From positions 26,017 through 90,016 of IMG/VR virus record IMGVR_UViG_3300031519_004880: DNA of 64,000 nucleotides. One strand, 5' to 3'. Origin of the DNA: a virus. Taxonomy: Duplodnaviria > Caudoviricetes. The notes beneath the pieces are model-generated. The model searched no databases. It saw only the letters and a program-made list of their open reading frames with translations, and was not told where the DNA came from. Positions 63,950 through 64,000 of the stretch are shown here, piece by piece; the stretch's first letter is position 1, and each line of letters opens with the position of its first letter. The position numbers were made by a program, and so were the translations under genes.

Positions 63950-64000
63950 CTTGACCGCTACCGCTAGTACCTTTGTACTTGATAGGGTTAGGACTATTCC
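63945..64000 (-). CDS. Probable 3' end of an upstream gene running off the window
   Basis: Open frame ...NSPNPIKYKGTSGSGQG-stop. Confidence 0.35.
   Translation of the reverse strand, partial: NSPNPIKYKGTSGSGQG

Noticed and set aside
1-64000. tRNA, rRNA, CRISPR array, integrase or transposase
   Set aside because: Intergenic gaps are short and are explained by promoters and terminators. I saw no cloverleaf, spaced direct repeats or recombinase motifs by eye. A tRNAscan-SE run would confirm.
1-64000. Stop-codon reassignment, as in some large phages
   Set aside because: Recognisable enzymes are full length in code 11 and genes abut through TAA/TGA/TAG overlaps.

Overview
This is a gene-dense, AT-rich 64 kb segment of a large lytic myovirus-like phage with T4-superfamily replication genes. 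It is probably aquatic with a Gram-negative, likely proteobacterial host, judged from the two-component spanin, FdxA ferredoxin and ClpA. The genetic code is standard, and I saw no tRNA, CRISPR array, integrase or intein. Layout: (1) 1-7.8 kb, tailoring-enzyme island with four AspH-type 2OG-Fe(II) hydroxylases, a CX5R phosphatase, a beta-propeller, a flavin halogenase, a mini adenylation enzyme and a GNAT-like protein. (2) 7.8-16 kb, tail-fibre gene, MoxR AAA/VWA pair and RNase H. (3) 17-28 kb, 7-deazaguanine DNA-modification region with QueE, FolE, an HRH-type QueD/DpdL-like protein and a TGT/DpdA-like protein, no QueC in the window, plus an embedded GT-B glycosyltransferase, purine PRTase, HIT hydrolase and oxygenases. 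(4) 28-34 kb, sliding clamp, epimerase, exonuclease and PolB with a T4 gene-43-like operator hairpin. (5) 34-40 kb, probable protease-processed internal head proteins. (6) 40-44.5 kb, DnaJ-PDF-ClpA. (7) 44.8-49.6 kb, lysis region with an unusual S74-domain protein. (8) 51-58 kb, PhoH, ThyX, parvulin, ferredoxin, clamp loader, MazG, GroES and a DnaE fragment. (9) 58-64 kb, baseplate/virion genes, one carrying an apparently inactivated esterase domain. Near-consensus sigma70 promoters and (G/T)ATAAATA late promoters recur, and many are positioned to give leaderless mRNAs. All product calls come from motif recognition by eye; no database searches were run.
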